64,000 nt of DNA from an uncultured Gemmatimonadaceae bacterium (GTDB lineage: Bacteria > Gemmatimonadota > Gemmatimonadetes > Gemmatimonadales > Gemmatimonadaceae). The position numbers and the translations under genes are program-made. The notes below the pieces were generated by a model that did no database searches, had not been told where the DNA came from, and worked only from the letters and a program-made list of their open reading frames with translations. Position 1 is the stretch's first letter, and each line of letters starts with the position of its first letter. The DNA lies in NCBI GenBank assembly GCA_964350145.1, contig CAYGJL010000001.1, positions 25,209 to 89,208 of the forward strand. Direction: 5' to 3'. Below, in pieces: positions 1-8,998 of the stretch.

Positions 1-858
1 GGTTTGGCGCGGTTTGCCGGCGAGTTCGGCGTGACCTTGCCTGGCTCCGGGCAGACGCAGTCTTCCGAGTTTTACACGATGCTTCTGCACTCGCGTGCGG
101 TGCTCAACGAAATTGCGAACGACACGATCACCGTTCCCGAGTTGGCGGGACAGAAACGAACCGTCTTTCAGCTGTTCGGCGTCGAAGGGGGCTCAGCCGC
201 GAGCCGGGAAGAGCAGGCCGTGGCGGCGCTGAGGGGCGTCATCAAGCCGTCGGTGACAAGGACTACAGGCGTGGTTCACGTCACGGTCGGAACCCGTTGG
301 CCGAGCGTCTCTCTGGCTATTGCGACGCGCCTCGTTCAGGGCGTCAACGACTACAACCAGCGGACGCGTCAGGGGCAGGCGGTATCCGAGCGCAAATTTG
401 TCGAGGGGAGACTGGCTGTCGCTGGCTTCAACCTTCGCGTGGCGGAGGATCGCCTGCAGCGATTCCTGAGCACCAATCGGGAATTTGCACGGTCACCGGA
501 GCTGACATTTCAACACGAGCGCCTTCAGCGGGACCTGGTGTTCCAACAGCAGCTTTTCACCTCGTTGACGCAGGGGCTCGAAGAGGCTCGCATTCGCGAG
601 GTGCGTGACATGCCGGTCGTAAGTGTAGTAGAGGCGCCGTTTGTCTCGACGAATCCTGAAGGGAAGGGGCGCCGTACCCGCGCGCTTCTTGGATTTGCGA
701 TAGGGGGCTTTGTCGGAATTCTCGTGACGTTGATCGGCGCGGTCATGGCACACTACAAGAAAGAATCGGATCCCGAGGCGACTGAATTTCTCGGCGTTCT
801 CGGTGACGCGAAGCGCGACATTCTTTGGCCGGTGCGGTGGTTGCGCCGCAGATCTTGA
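1..858 (+). CDS. Polysaccharide co-polymerase / chain-length determinant (Wzz/GumC-like), C-terminal part; 5' end outside window
   Basis: Frame is open from base 1. Helical region ([20 protein letters not shown]...[16 protein letters not shown]) is followed by a Pro/Gly segment and a terminal TM helix [23 protein letters not shown], the usual PCP C-terminus. First gene of a glycan locus. Confidence 0.6.
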   Translation, partial: GLARFAGEFGVTLPGSGQTQSSEFYTMLLHSRAVLNEIANDTITVPELAGQKRTVFQLFGVEGGSAASREEQAVAALRGVIKPSVTRTTGVVHVTVGTRWPSVSLAIATRLVQGVNDYNQRTRQGQAVSERKFVEGRLAVAGFNLRVAEDRLQRFLSTNREFARSPELTFQHERLQRDLVFQQQLFTSLTQGLEEARIREVRDMPVVSVVEAPFVSTNPEGKGRRTRALLGFAIGGFVGILVTLIGAVMAHYKKESDPEATEFLGVLGDAKRDILWPVRWLRRRS

Positions 859-1862
859 AAGTTCTCGTTACGGGCGCGGCCGGCTTCATCGGCTCCGCCT
901 TGTGCATCAGGCTCCTGGCGCGCGGCGACCATGTCGTCGGCTTCGACAACCATAACGACTATTACGACCCGTCGATCAAGGAGGCGAGGCTGGCGCGGCA
1001 CGCCGACCACGCGAACTACACGCACATTCGCGGCGACCTCGCTGACCGCGCCGCCGTCGATGATGCCTTTGCGCGGCATGCCCCCGCCCGCGTGGTTCAT
1101 CTCGCCGCCCAGGCCGGTGTCCGGTATTCGATGGAAAATCCGCTCGCCTATATCCACAGCAATCTCGTCGGATTCGGCCATATCCTCGAGGCCTGTCGTC
1201 ACGGGGCCGTCGAGCACCTCGTTTACGCCAGCAGCTCCAGCGTTTACGGCGCGAACACCGCGATGCCGTTTTCGGTTCACCACAACATCGACCATCCCCT
1301 CAGCCTGTACGCTGCAACCAAGAAGGCCAACGAGTTGATGGCGCACACCTACAGCCACTTGTACCGCCTGCCGACTACGGGCTTGCGGTTCTTCACGGTC
1401 TACGGGCCGTGGGGCAGGCCGGACATGGCACTTTTTAAGTTCACCAAGGCCATTCTCGCTGGCGAAGCGATTCCCGTTTTTAACCAGGGGAAACACAGGC
1501 GCGACTTCACGTACATCGACGACATCGTCGAAGGCGTGGTGCGCGTTCTCGACAAGCCGGCCGCGCCGAACCCCGATTGGAGCAGCGACCTGCCCGATCC
1601 CGGATCGAGTTTGGCCCCATGGCGGGTTTACAACATCGGCAACAACAGTCCTGTCGAGCTGATGGATTTCATCTCGGCGCTCGAGGCGGCGTTGGGCCGG
1701 ACGGCGACGAAAGAGTTCCTTCCACTTCAACCCGGCGACGTTCCCGAAACCTATGCCGACGTCGGTGATCTTGTCCGCGACATGGGTTACCAGCCGGCAA
1801 CGCGAGTGGAAGACGGAGTAGCACGCTTCGTCGCCTGGTACCGCGATTACTTCCGCGCATAA
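825..1862 (+). CDS. UDP-glucuronate 4-epimerase-like extended SDR (Cap1J/LpsL/WbnF type)
   Basis: [12 protein letters not shown] Rossmann motif; [11 protein letters not shown]; SSSSVYG and YAATKKANE (S-Y-K triad); [14 protein letters not shown]. True start is probably TTG 855 (TTGA overlap with the upstream stop) or GTG 837. Confidence 0.8.
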   Translation: MAGAVVAPQILKVLVTGAAGFIGSALCIRLLARGDHVVGFDNHNDYYDPSIKEARLARHADHANYTHIRGDLADRAAVDDAFARHAPARVVHLAAQAGVRYSMENPLAYIHSNLVGFGHILEACRHGAVEHLVYASSSSVYGANTAMPFSVHHNIDHPLSLYAATKKANELMAHTYSHLYRLPTTGLRFFTVYGPWGRPDMALFKFTKAILAGEAIPVFNQGKHRRDFTYIDDIVEGVVRVLDKPAAPNPDWSSDLPDPGSSLAPWRVYNIGNNSPVELMDFISALEAALGRTATKEFLPLQPGDVPETYADVGDLVRDMGYQPATRVEDGVARFVAWYRDYFRA

Positions 1863-1875
1863 CAAACAACATTCC

Positions 1876-2907
1876 ATGAACAGATTTTCGAATTCGGTCT
1901 CCTCGGGCCGGTGCTACGTCATCGCCGAAGCGGGCCTCAACCACAACGGCTCGCTGGATATGGCCATGCGTCTGATCGACGTGGCGTCGGTCGCGGGCGT
2001 GGACGCGGTGAAATTCCAGAAGCGGACAGTGGACAAGCTCGCCATCGGGTCGGTGCTCGATGCCCCCGACGACCGGTTTCCGGAGTTCGGCAAGACCTAC
2101 AGGGAGATACGCGAGCATCTCGAGTTCACTCTCGACGAGTACCGTGCTCTCAAGGCCTACTCCGAGGCGAAGGGGCTGGATTTCCTCGTCACCGCATTCG
2201 ACACGGAGGCGGTTGATTTCCTCGAGGAGCTCGGCATCGATGTGTACAAACTGGCGAGCCATAGCCTCACAAACCCCGAGCTTCTCGATTACATCGCGCG
2301 GCTTCCCAAGACCGTGATCCTGTCTACGGGTATGGCGGAACTCGGCGAAATCGACGCGGCCGTGGCCGCGTTCAGCCAGCGCGAGGCAACTCTGGCGTTG
2401 ATGCACTGCGTCTCGGCGTACCCGACACCGCCCGCTGAGTGCAACCTCTCGATGATGGGCGTTCTCGCGGATCGTTACGGGCTCACGGTCGGATATTCGG
2501 GTCACGAGCTCGGGTACGTGCCGACGCTTGTCGCCGTGGTCATGGGCGCGGCGTTGATCGAAAGGCATTTCACGCTCGACAAGACGCTGCCCGGCTTCGA
2601 CCACAAGATGTCACTCTCTCCGGACGAGCTGATCGCGATGGTCCGCGACATCCGCCAGATCCCGGCCATCAAGGGCGCGGGTCGCAAGGCGGTAAGCGAC
2701 ACCGAGTGGATCACGCGCCGGAAGTACCACGTGTCGATGGCCTCGGCCGCGGCAATTCCCGCGGGTGCGGTGCTCACCGCGGAAATGGTCACGTGGCGCA
2801 ATCCTGGAACCGGGATACCGGCCAAGGATGCGCATACGGTCCTTGGCAGGCGCGCCAAGTCCAGCATCGGAGCCGACCAACTGCTCTCCGCGGACATGTT
2901 CGAATGA
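1876..2907 (+). CDS. NeuB-family nonulosonic acid synthase (PEP-condensing), copy 1
   Basis: YVIAEAGLNHNGSLDMAMRLID...DAVKFQ N-terminal TIM-barrel signature and a C-terminal SAF-like domain (IPAGAVLTAEMVTWRNPGTGI). About 50 percent identical by eye to the second copy at 31936. Confidence 0.85.
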   Translation: MNRFSNSVSSGRCYVIAEAGLNHNGSLDMAMRLIDVASVAGVDAVKFQKRTVDKLAIGSVLDAPDDRFPEFGKTYREIREHLEFTLDEYRALKAYSEAKGLDFLVTAFDTEAVDFLEELGIDVYKLASHSLTNPELLDYIARLPKTVILSTGMAELGEIDAAVAAFSQREATLALMHCVSAYPTPPAECNLSMMGVLADRYGLTVGYSGHELGYVPTLVAVVMGAALIERHFTLDKTLPGFDHKMSLSPDELIAMVRDIRQIPAIKGAGRKAVSDTEWITRRKYHVSMASAAAIPAGAVLTAEMVTWRNPGTGIPAKDAHTVLGRRAKSSIGADQLLSADMFE

Positions 2908-4283
2908 CGGCCGCCGCCCCGGAAATCTCCATCATCATCCGGACAAAGAACGAGGAGCGCTGGATCGGGCACTGTCTCGCGATGGTGCAGAAGCAGGATC
3001 GATCGGATTTCGAGGTAATCCTCGTTGACAACGCCAGCACCGACGACACGGTCAAGGTCGCGCGCCGGTACCCGCTCGCCGCTGCGTTGAACATCGACAA
3101 GTTCCTGCCGGGGCAAGCGCTGAATGAAGGGATTCGCGCGTCCCGCGGCCGGTTCATCGTCTGCCTGTCCGCGCACTGCATTCCCAAAGCCACGGATTGG
3201 CTTTCCTGCCTGCGGCGAAACTTCGAGGGCGACGAGATGCTGGCCGGGGTTTACGGGCGCCAGCTTCCGCTCAGCTTTACGGAAGCCCTCGACAAGCGCG
3301 ACCTGCTGATCGTCTTCGGGCAGGATCGGCGCGTCCAGATCAAAGACTACTTCTTCCATAACGCCAACAGCATGGTGCGCCGCGAGGTCTGGGATCGTTT
3401 CCCCTTTGATGAAGAGGTCACCAACATCGAAGACCGGGTGTGGGGCAAGGCCGTCACCCACGCGGGGTATCATTTGGTGTACGACCCCGACGCCGCGGTT
3501 TATCACCATCACGGACTGCATCAGGGAAACGCTCCCCAGCGAGCCAAGGGTGTAGTGTCGATCATCGAGCGGATCGACGAAGATGTGGTGAACGACCTGC
3601 CGCTCTCCCTTCGCCCTGAGCACGCCCACATCGTCGCCGTGATTCCGGTACAGGGCGGCGTGGAGCCCGGATCGCATTCACACCGGCTCCTCATGGATGC
3701 GATCGCTGCCGTCAAGAGAGCCCGTTACGTCAACGATGCCTATTTGGTCGCGCCCGCGTCGCTCGACCTCGGGGACGTGGAGGTCCGGCACATCGATCGC
3801 AACTCGATTCCCGGTGTCGATTCGCTCGGCGTGGACGGAGTGTTGCAGCGCAGTCTCCAGTTGATCGAACAGGCCGGCGATTTCCCGGAAGCGGTTCTGT
3901 ATGTCAACTACGATTATCTCCACCGGCCAGCGGGTCTGTTCGACGAGTTGATTCGCGATGCCCAGTACAAGGGTTACGACACTGTATTCCCGGGATATTC
4001 CGACTACGGGCATTACTGGGTCCGCGCGGGGGACGCCGAATACCACCAGACGGACGCATCGCTGAAGGCGCGGTCGGAGCGCGAGCCGGTATTTCGAGCG
4101 CTATACGGTCTCGGCTGCGTTACTTCCGCTTCGATGGTTCGCGCCGGAAAGCTCGTCGGCGGTAGGGTAGGCATCCTTCCCATCAACGATTTCAAGTACA
4201 CGATGCGGTTGAAGGACTCCGGCGCCGCCGAGTTGCCCGCGCTGGAGGGGAGAGCGGATCGTCCCGGCAGTCATGCCCGCTGA
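2904..4283 (+). CDS. Family-2 glycosyltransferase fused to a C-terminal domain of unclear function (possibly a degenerate NeuA/CTP-transferase-like fold)
   Basis: ATG 2904 forms an ATGA overlap with the neuB-like stop. ISIIIRTKNEE...VILVDNASTDDT...IVCLSAHC is a GT-A/GT2 signature. The C-terminal half begins HIVAVIPVQGG, resembling the VIPARGGSK start of cytidylyltransferases but without the RGGSK residues. The ORF-track start at 2439 is rejected because it overlaps neuB in another frame. Confidence 0.6.
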   Translation: MTAAAPEISIIIRTKNEERWIGHCLAMVQKQDRSDFEVILVDNASTDDTVKVARRYPLAAALNIDKFLPGQALNEGIRASRGRFIVCLSAHCIPKATDWLSCLRRNFEGDEMLAGVYGRQLPLSFTEALDKRDLLIVFGQDRRVQIKDYFFHNANSMVRREVWDRFPFDEEVTNIEDRVWGKAVTHAGYHLVYDPDAAVYHHHGLHQGNAPQRAKGVVSIIERIDEDVVNDLPLSLRPEHAHIVAVIPVQGGVEPGSHSHRLLMDAIAAVKRARYVNDAYLVAPASLDLGDVEVRHIDRNSIPGVDSLGVDGVLQRSLQLIEQAGDFPEAVLYVNYDYLHRPAGLFDELIRDAQYKGYDTVFPGYSDYGHYWVRAGDAEYHQTDASLKARSEREPVFRALYGLGCVTSASMVRAGKLVGGRVGILPINDFKYTMRLKDSGAAELPALEGRADRPGSHAR

Positions 4284-5055
4284 GGCCGTCGCGCCCCGCG
4301 TCCTCGGCGTGGTGCTGGCGCGCGGCGGATCGAAGGGCGTTCCACGGAAGAACATTCGCATCGTCGATGGTCATCCACTTATCGCCTACACGATCGTGGA
4401 AGCGCTTCGCTGCCCGCTGATCGACAGATTGATCGTCTCCTCGGAGGACGCGGAGATCAGGCGGGTCGCGATTGAGTACGGCGCCGAGGCGCCCTTTCGC
4501 CGGCCGCCGGAGCTGGCGGTCGATACTGCGCGGTCCGTTGACTGCGACAGGCACGCCGTCGAGTGGGCGGAGAGGGACGAGAGCCGCGCGTATGACTACG
4601 TGGTCGATCTACCGTGCACCAACCCAATGCGCACTTCGACGGACATCGAGGCGGCGCTGCGAAAGATCATCGAGACCGGAGCAGACTCGGTGATCGGCGT
4701 CGCCAGAATCGACGATCATCACCCGATCCGAATCAAGAAGATTGTTGACGATCGAATCCAGGATTTTTGCCTGAAAGAAATTCCCGAGACCAGACGACAG
4801 GACCTGAAGCCGGACGCATACATCAGAAACGGCTCGATCTACGCGGCACGCCGGGACCTGATCGTGAATGGGATTCGGTACGGCACGACGGAGTCGAGGC
4901 CGTACATAATGCCCCCTGAACGGAGCGTAAACGTCGATTCGGAGCTGGATCTCCTCCTAGCGGAGCTCATGCTGCAGCGCGCGGCGCGCGACTATGTCAG
5001 GCCGGTGCGCTCGCGAGCGGAAGCCCAGGCGATTCTGGATGCGTCCGGCGAATGA
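4273..5055 (+). CDS. Acylneuraminate cytidylyltransferase family (CMP-nonulosonate synthetase), copy 1
   Basis: VLGVVLARGGSKGVPRKNIRIVDGHPLIAYTI, the canonical NeuA/CTP_transf_3 N-terminus; 260 aa. Confidence 0.85.
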   Translation: MPAEAVAPRVLGVVLARGGSKGVPRKNIRIVDGHPLIAYTIVEALRCPLIDRLIVSSEDAEIRRVAIEYGAEAPFRRPPELAVDTARSVDCDRHAVEWAERDESRAYDYVVDLPCTNPMRTSTDIEAALRKIIETGADSVIGVARIDDHHPIRIKKIVDDRIQDFCLKEIPETRRQDLKPDAYIRNGSIYAARRDLIVNGIRYGTTESRPYIMPPERSVNVDSELDLLLAELMLQRAARDYVRPVRSRAEAQAILDASGE

Positions 5056-6095
5056 GCACGACCCCAGGCGTTGGGATAGCGGGAAGCGGGTTCGGCGTGC
5101 GGGTGGTGCTTCCTTGCCTCCGCGCGGCCGGCTTTGACGTTCGCACGGTGTGCAGCAGGACTCCTGCCCGTATTGAGGCGGAATCGCGCGCGCACGGCGT
5201 AACCCTGGTCACGTCCGATTATGGCGCGATGCTCGCGGACCCGGCGATCGATTTGGTTTGCGTCGCGACGTATCCGGCGCTGCACGCTGAGATGGCCATC
5301 GCGGCGCTCGAGGCGGGCAAGCATCTCCTGTGCGAGAAGCCGCTGGCGCCGACTGCGCCTGAAGCGATGCGGATTGCCGAAGCGGCGCGCGGCCGCCGGG
5401 TGGTGGCCGCCGTCGATCATGAGCTGAGATTTCATCCCAACTTCGTCCGCACGAGGCACTCGATCGCGAACGGAGAGATCGGCGCGGTGCGGCACGTCGA
5501 ACTGAGATATGCAAGCGCGGTGCGGGTCGATCCGACTCTCCCCTGGACCTGGTGGGCTGATGCTTCGGCCGGCGGCGGACAGCTGAACGCGTTGGGCTCG
5601 CACATGGTTGATGCGCTGACTTGGTGGCTCGATGACGCGGTGGTCGGATCGCAGGGAACGCTCGCCACGTTCGCGGGGACGCGGCCCGTTTCAGGCGGCG
5701 GCTCCGCCGCGGTTACCGCCGACGAGTTTGCATCGTTTCAGCTTCGCTTTTCGCGGGGCGCCGTCGCTTCCGTTGTTGTCAGCGCGGTTGATCCGACCGA
5801 CAGCGGGTTGCGCGTCGAAGTCGTGGGCGAGCGGGGCCGGCTGTCGCTGGACGGTTTCGATTCGCTATCGCTGGCGACCGATCATGCGCCGCCGCGCGAC
5901 ATATCCGTCGAGGACGACCTTTTGGGAATTGATGCGATCGGCTTGAACGGATGGCGCACGTCACTCGTCCGCTACGGCCAACACCTTATAGGCTGTATTC
6001 GCGACGACCTCCCTTTTCTTGGGGCCACACTCGAGGACGGCGTTGAAACACAGCGCGTCCTCGACGCGGTCAGGTCCCGGGACGGGTTGAAGTGA
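5052..6095 (+). CDS. Gfo/Idh/MocA-family NAD(P)-dependent oxidoreductase
   Basis: GIAGSGFGVRV Rossmann start and the HLLCEKPLA motif typical of the family. ATGA overlap with the upstream stop. Confidence 0.75.
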   Translation: MSTTPGVGIAGSGFGVRVVLPCLRAAGFDVRTVCSRTPARIEAESRAHGVTLVTSDYGAMLADPAIDLVCVATYPALHAEMAIAALEAGKHLLCEKPLAPTAPEAMRIAEAARGRRVVAAVDHELRFHPNFVRTRHSIANGEIGAVRHVELRYASAVRVDPTLPWTWWADASAGGGQLNALGSHMVDALTWWLDDAVVGSQGTLATFAGTRPVSGGGSAAVTADEFASFQLRFSRGAVASVVVSAVDPTDSGLRVEVVGERGRLSLDGFDSLSLATDHAPPRDISVEDDLLGIDAIGLNGWRTSLVRYGQHLIGCIRDDLPFLGATLEDGVETQRVLDAVRSRDGLK

Positions 6096-7150
6096 GGATT
6101 TCGGCGGGGGCACTGCAAGCGTTCGTCGCGGAACTGTTCGCGCGTCAGGGCGCCATGCCTGACGAGGCGCTGGAAGTTGCCCAGCACCTCGTGGGCTCCA
6201 ACCTCGCGGGGCACGATTCGCATGGCGTCATGCGCGCACCGTGGTACATGGAGAAGATCGACAAGGGCGAGATCGTGCCGGGCGCTCCGATAACTGTGGA
6301 GCGGGAGTCGGCGACGACGGCCGTAGTGAGTGGTCACTGGGGGTTCGGCCAGCCGATAGCGCGACGCGGAATGGAGTTGGCGATCGAGAAGGCTTCCGCC
6401 CATGACCTCGGATGCGTGACTGTGCGCGAGTGCAACCACATGGGCCGGCTCGGCGCGTACACCACTCTGGCATCGTCGCGCGGCTTCGTCGGAATCGGAA
6501 TGGCCAATCTCCATGGAACCAGCCATTGCGTGGCGCCCTTCGGGGGAATCGACCGCAAGCTGCCGACGAATCCGATCTCGATAGCGTTTCGTCGCGGCGA
6601 GACGCCGGACTTTCTGCTCGACATGACGTCGAGCATCGTCGCTGAAGGAAAGCTTAAGCTGCGCCTCAATCGCGGTGAGCCATTACCGGATGGATGGGCG
6701 ATAGACAGCGAGGGACTGCCTGCATCCAAGCCGGCTCAATTCTACGACGAGCCGCGGGGCGCCATCCTCCCGCTCGGCGGGCCGATGGGCCATAAAGGGT
6801 TCGGACTGTCGCTGGCGATCGATGCGTTGAGCGGGGCGCTGTCGGGCGCTGACTGCTCCAACCCGCGAAGTGGCCGCCACGGCAACGCGTGTCTTTTCCT
6901 GGCGATCAGGATCGAGGCGTTCTGCCCCCTCGCCGAGTTCGAGGCGAAAGTCCGGGAGCTGATGGCGCACGTGCAGAGCGCTCGGCCCATGCCGGGAGTC
7001 GACGGCATCATGGTGCCGGGCGAGCCCGAACATCGATCGGCGCAGGCGGGCGAGCGCGACGGCGTGCTCGTCGATGACATGACCTGGACGGCACTGCGAG
7101 AGCGAGCCGGACGCGCCGGTGTTCACGCGCCGGAGCCGCTCCAGCCATGA
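6092..7150 (+). CDS. Ldh_2 family (malate/L-lactate/sulfolactate-type) 2-hydroxyacid dehydrogenase
   Basis: HDSHGVMRAPWY..., GFGQPIARRGMELAIEKA, NHMGRLGAY, FGGIDRKLPTNPISIA, LDMTSSIVAEGKL, LPLGGPMGHKGFGLSL. These blocks are collinear with the Ldh_2 family as I recall it. GTGA overlap with the upstream gene. Confidence 0.75.
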   Translation: MRISAGALQAFVAELFARQGAMPDEALEVAQHLVGSNLAGHDSHGVMRAPWYMEKIDKGEIVPGAPITVERESATTAVVSGHWGFGQPIARRGMELAIEKASAHDLGCVTVRECNHMGRLGAYTTLASSRGFVGIGMANLHGTSHCVAPFGGIDRKLPTNPISIAFRRGETPDFLLDMTSSIVAEGKLKLRLNRGEPLPDGWAIDSEGLPASKPAQFYDEPRGAILPLGGPMGHKGFGLSLAIDALSGALSGADCSNPRSGRHGNACLFLAIRIEAFCPLAEFEAKVRELMAHVQSARPMPGVDGIMVPGEPEHRSAQAGERDGVLVDDMTWTALRERAGRAGVHAPEPLQP

Positions 7151-8958
7151 CCGCACCCCGCGCCGCGAGCACGTTGCGCCTGCTCGTGCGCCTCTGGCGG
7201 CATCTGAGCCGGCGGCGGCGACGCCAGCTGATGCTTCTTTTCGGCGTCATGCTCCTCTCCGGCGTGGCCGAGGTCGTCAGCCTCGGCGCGGTGCTGCCGT
7301 TTCTTCTCGTGCTCACCGCGCCCGAAAAGGCGTTGCAGCACCCGGTCATAGGGGACATGGCCCGGTCCTGGGGCATCACGACGCCCGATCAGCTCGTGGT
7401 GCCGCTGACCGTAGCCTTCATCGGGCTGGCGCTGGTCGCGGCGGGGATTCGAATGCTCCTGCTGTGGAGCAACACGCGCCTGGCGTTCGCCAGTGGAGCC
7501 GAGCTCAGCAGCGAGGTATACCGACGGACACTGTACCAGCCCTACCGCGTGCATACGGCGCGAAACAGCAGTGAGGTCATCAGCGGACTTTCGATAAAAG
7601 TCGCCGGTGCCGTGAGCGTCCTGTTGTCGCTGCTGATTCTGGCGAACTCGATCGTGCTGTTGGTGGCGATCATGTTCGCGCTGATCGCCATTGATCCCGT
7701 GGTGGCGCTCGAGGCGACGGCGGGGTTCGGTCTGGGGTACGTTCTCATCACGTGGATGACCCGGCGGCGCCTCAGACGGAACAGTGTGCTGATCGCGCAT
7801 GAGCAGACCCAGGTGATCAAGGCGCTGCAGGAGGGACTCGGCGGCATTCGCGACGTCCTGCTCGACGGTACCCAGGGAGTGTACTGCGATGTTTACCGGA
7901 AGGCCGACCATCCACTGCGGCGCGCGCAGGGAAACAACATTTTCATCAGTTCCAGTCCGCGCTACGCAATGGAGGCGCTGGGCATGGTGTTCATCGCTGT
8001 GCTGGCGTTCATCCTGAGCCGTGGAGCAGGCGGTCTCGCAACGGCCTTGCCGGTTCTGGGTGCGCTGGCCCTCGGTGCGCAGCGTCTGTTGCCGGCACTG
8101 CAGCAGGGGTACAGCGCGTGGGCTGCGATCGCGGGGAGCCACGCTTCGCTGTCGGATACGGTTGACCTGCTCGACCAGCCGCTCCCGGCGGAGATTCACC
8201 TGCCGGAGCCCGACCCGCTTCCATTCGGCCAGTCGATCCAGTTCAGCGGGGTGTGGTTTCGCTACGTGAGTGACGGCCCCTGGGTCGTCGAGGACATGAA
8301 CCTGGAAATTCCCAAGGGAGCCCGGGTCGGCTTCGTCGGAACCACGGGGAGCGGGAAGAGCACGACACTCGATCTGCTGATGGGCCTACTGCCTCCCACG
8401 CGAGGCGAAGTTCTCGTTGACGGGCAGCCACTGCGAGGAAGCCGGACAAGAGCGTGGCAGAGGACAATTGCGCACGTGCCGCAGAGCATCTTCCTCGCGG
8501 ACGTGAGCGTGGCGGAGAACATCGCGTTCGGTGTGCCGCGCGGGGCGATCGACATGGAGCGGGTCCACCGCGCCGCGCGTCAGGCGCAAATCGCCGACTT
8601 CATCGAGCACGGCCCCCTCGGGTACGACGCCATGGTGGGGGAGCGCGGCATTCGACTGTCCGGGGGGCAGCGCCAGCGAATCGGTATCGCCCGCGCTCTC
8701 TACAAGGATGCCAGTGTACTAGTTTTCGACGAGGCAACCAGCGCGCTCGACAGCGCCACCGAGCTCTCGGTGATGGAAGCCATAGACGAGCTCAACCGCG
8801 ATCTGACGATCCTGCTCATCGCCCACAGGCTGACGACCGTGCGGCGATGCGATACGATCGTGGAGCTGGAACATGGCAGCGTGGTGGCGCAGGGCACCTA
8901 CGAGCGCTTGCTAGAGACCAGCGCGAGCTTCCGCAGCATTGCGTCCACCATTCGCTGA
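7147..8958 (+). CDS. ABC exporter, fused TMD-NBD half transporter (MsbA/PglK-like)
   Basis: N-terminal hydrophobic half with about 6 helices. Walker A GTTGSGKST, signature LSGGQRQR, Walker B VLVFDEATSALD, H-loop IAHRL. Confidence 0.85.
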   Translation: MTAPRAASTLRLLVRLWRHLSRRRRRQLMLLFGVMLLSGVAEVVSLGAVLPFLLVLTAPEKALQHPVIGDMARSWGITTPDQLVVPLTVAFIGLALVAAGIRMLLLWSNTRLAFASGAELSSEVYRRTLYQPYRVHTARNSSEVISGLSIKVAGAVSVLLSLLILANSIVLLVAIMFALIAIDPVVALEATAGFGLGYVLITWMTRRRLRRNSVLIAHEQTQVIKALQEGLGGIRDVLLDGTQGVYCDVYRKADHPLRRAQGNNIFISSSPRYAMEALGMVFIAVLAFILSRGAGGLATALPVLGALALGAQRLLPALQQGYSAWAAIAGSHASLSDTVDLLDQPLPAEIHLPEPDPLPFGQSIQFSGVWFRYVSDGPWVVEDMNLEIPKGARVGFVGTTGSGKSTTLDLLMGLLPPTRGEVLVDGQPLRGSRTRAWQRTIAHVPQSIFLADVSVAENIAFGVPRGAIDMERVHRAARQAQIADFIEHGPLGYDAMVGERGIRLSGGQRQRIGIARALYKDASVLVFDEATSALDSATELSVMEAIDELNRDLTILLIAHRLTTVRRCDTIVELEHGSVVAQGTYERLLETSASFRSIASTIR

Positions 8959-8998
8959 TCAGTCGCATTCGCGTCAAATCATTAATACCGAGGAGTTG

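Noticed and set aside
753-1877. 374-aa minus-strand ORF antisense to the UDP-GlcA epimerase-like gene
   Set aside because: It exactly shadows a + strand ORF that has a full SDR motif set. The translated product is Arg/Gly/Ala/Pro-rich with no recognisable motif. This is typical high-GC antisense open frame.
2439-2903. N-terminal extensions proposed by the ORF track (2439, 11390, 14296, 27393, 30950, 37695, 51583, 55655 and others)
   Set aside because: The extended parts overlap the preceding gene in another frame and translate to Arg/Gly/Pro-rich sequence. In each case an internal ATG/GTG/TTG sits at an ATGA/GTGA-type junction or behind an RBS, exactly where the recognisable domain begins.
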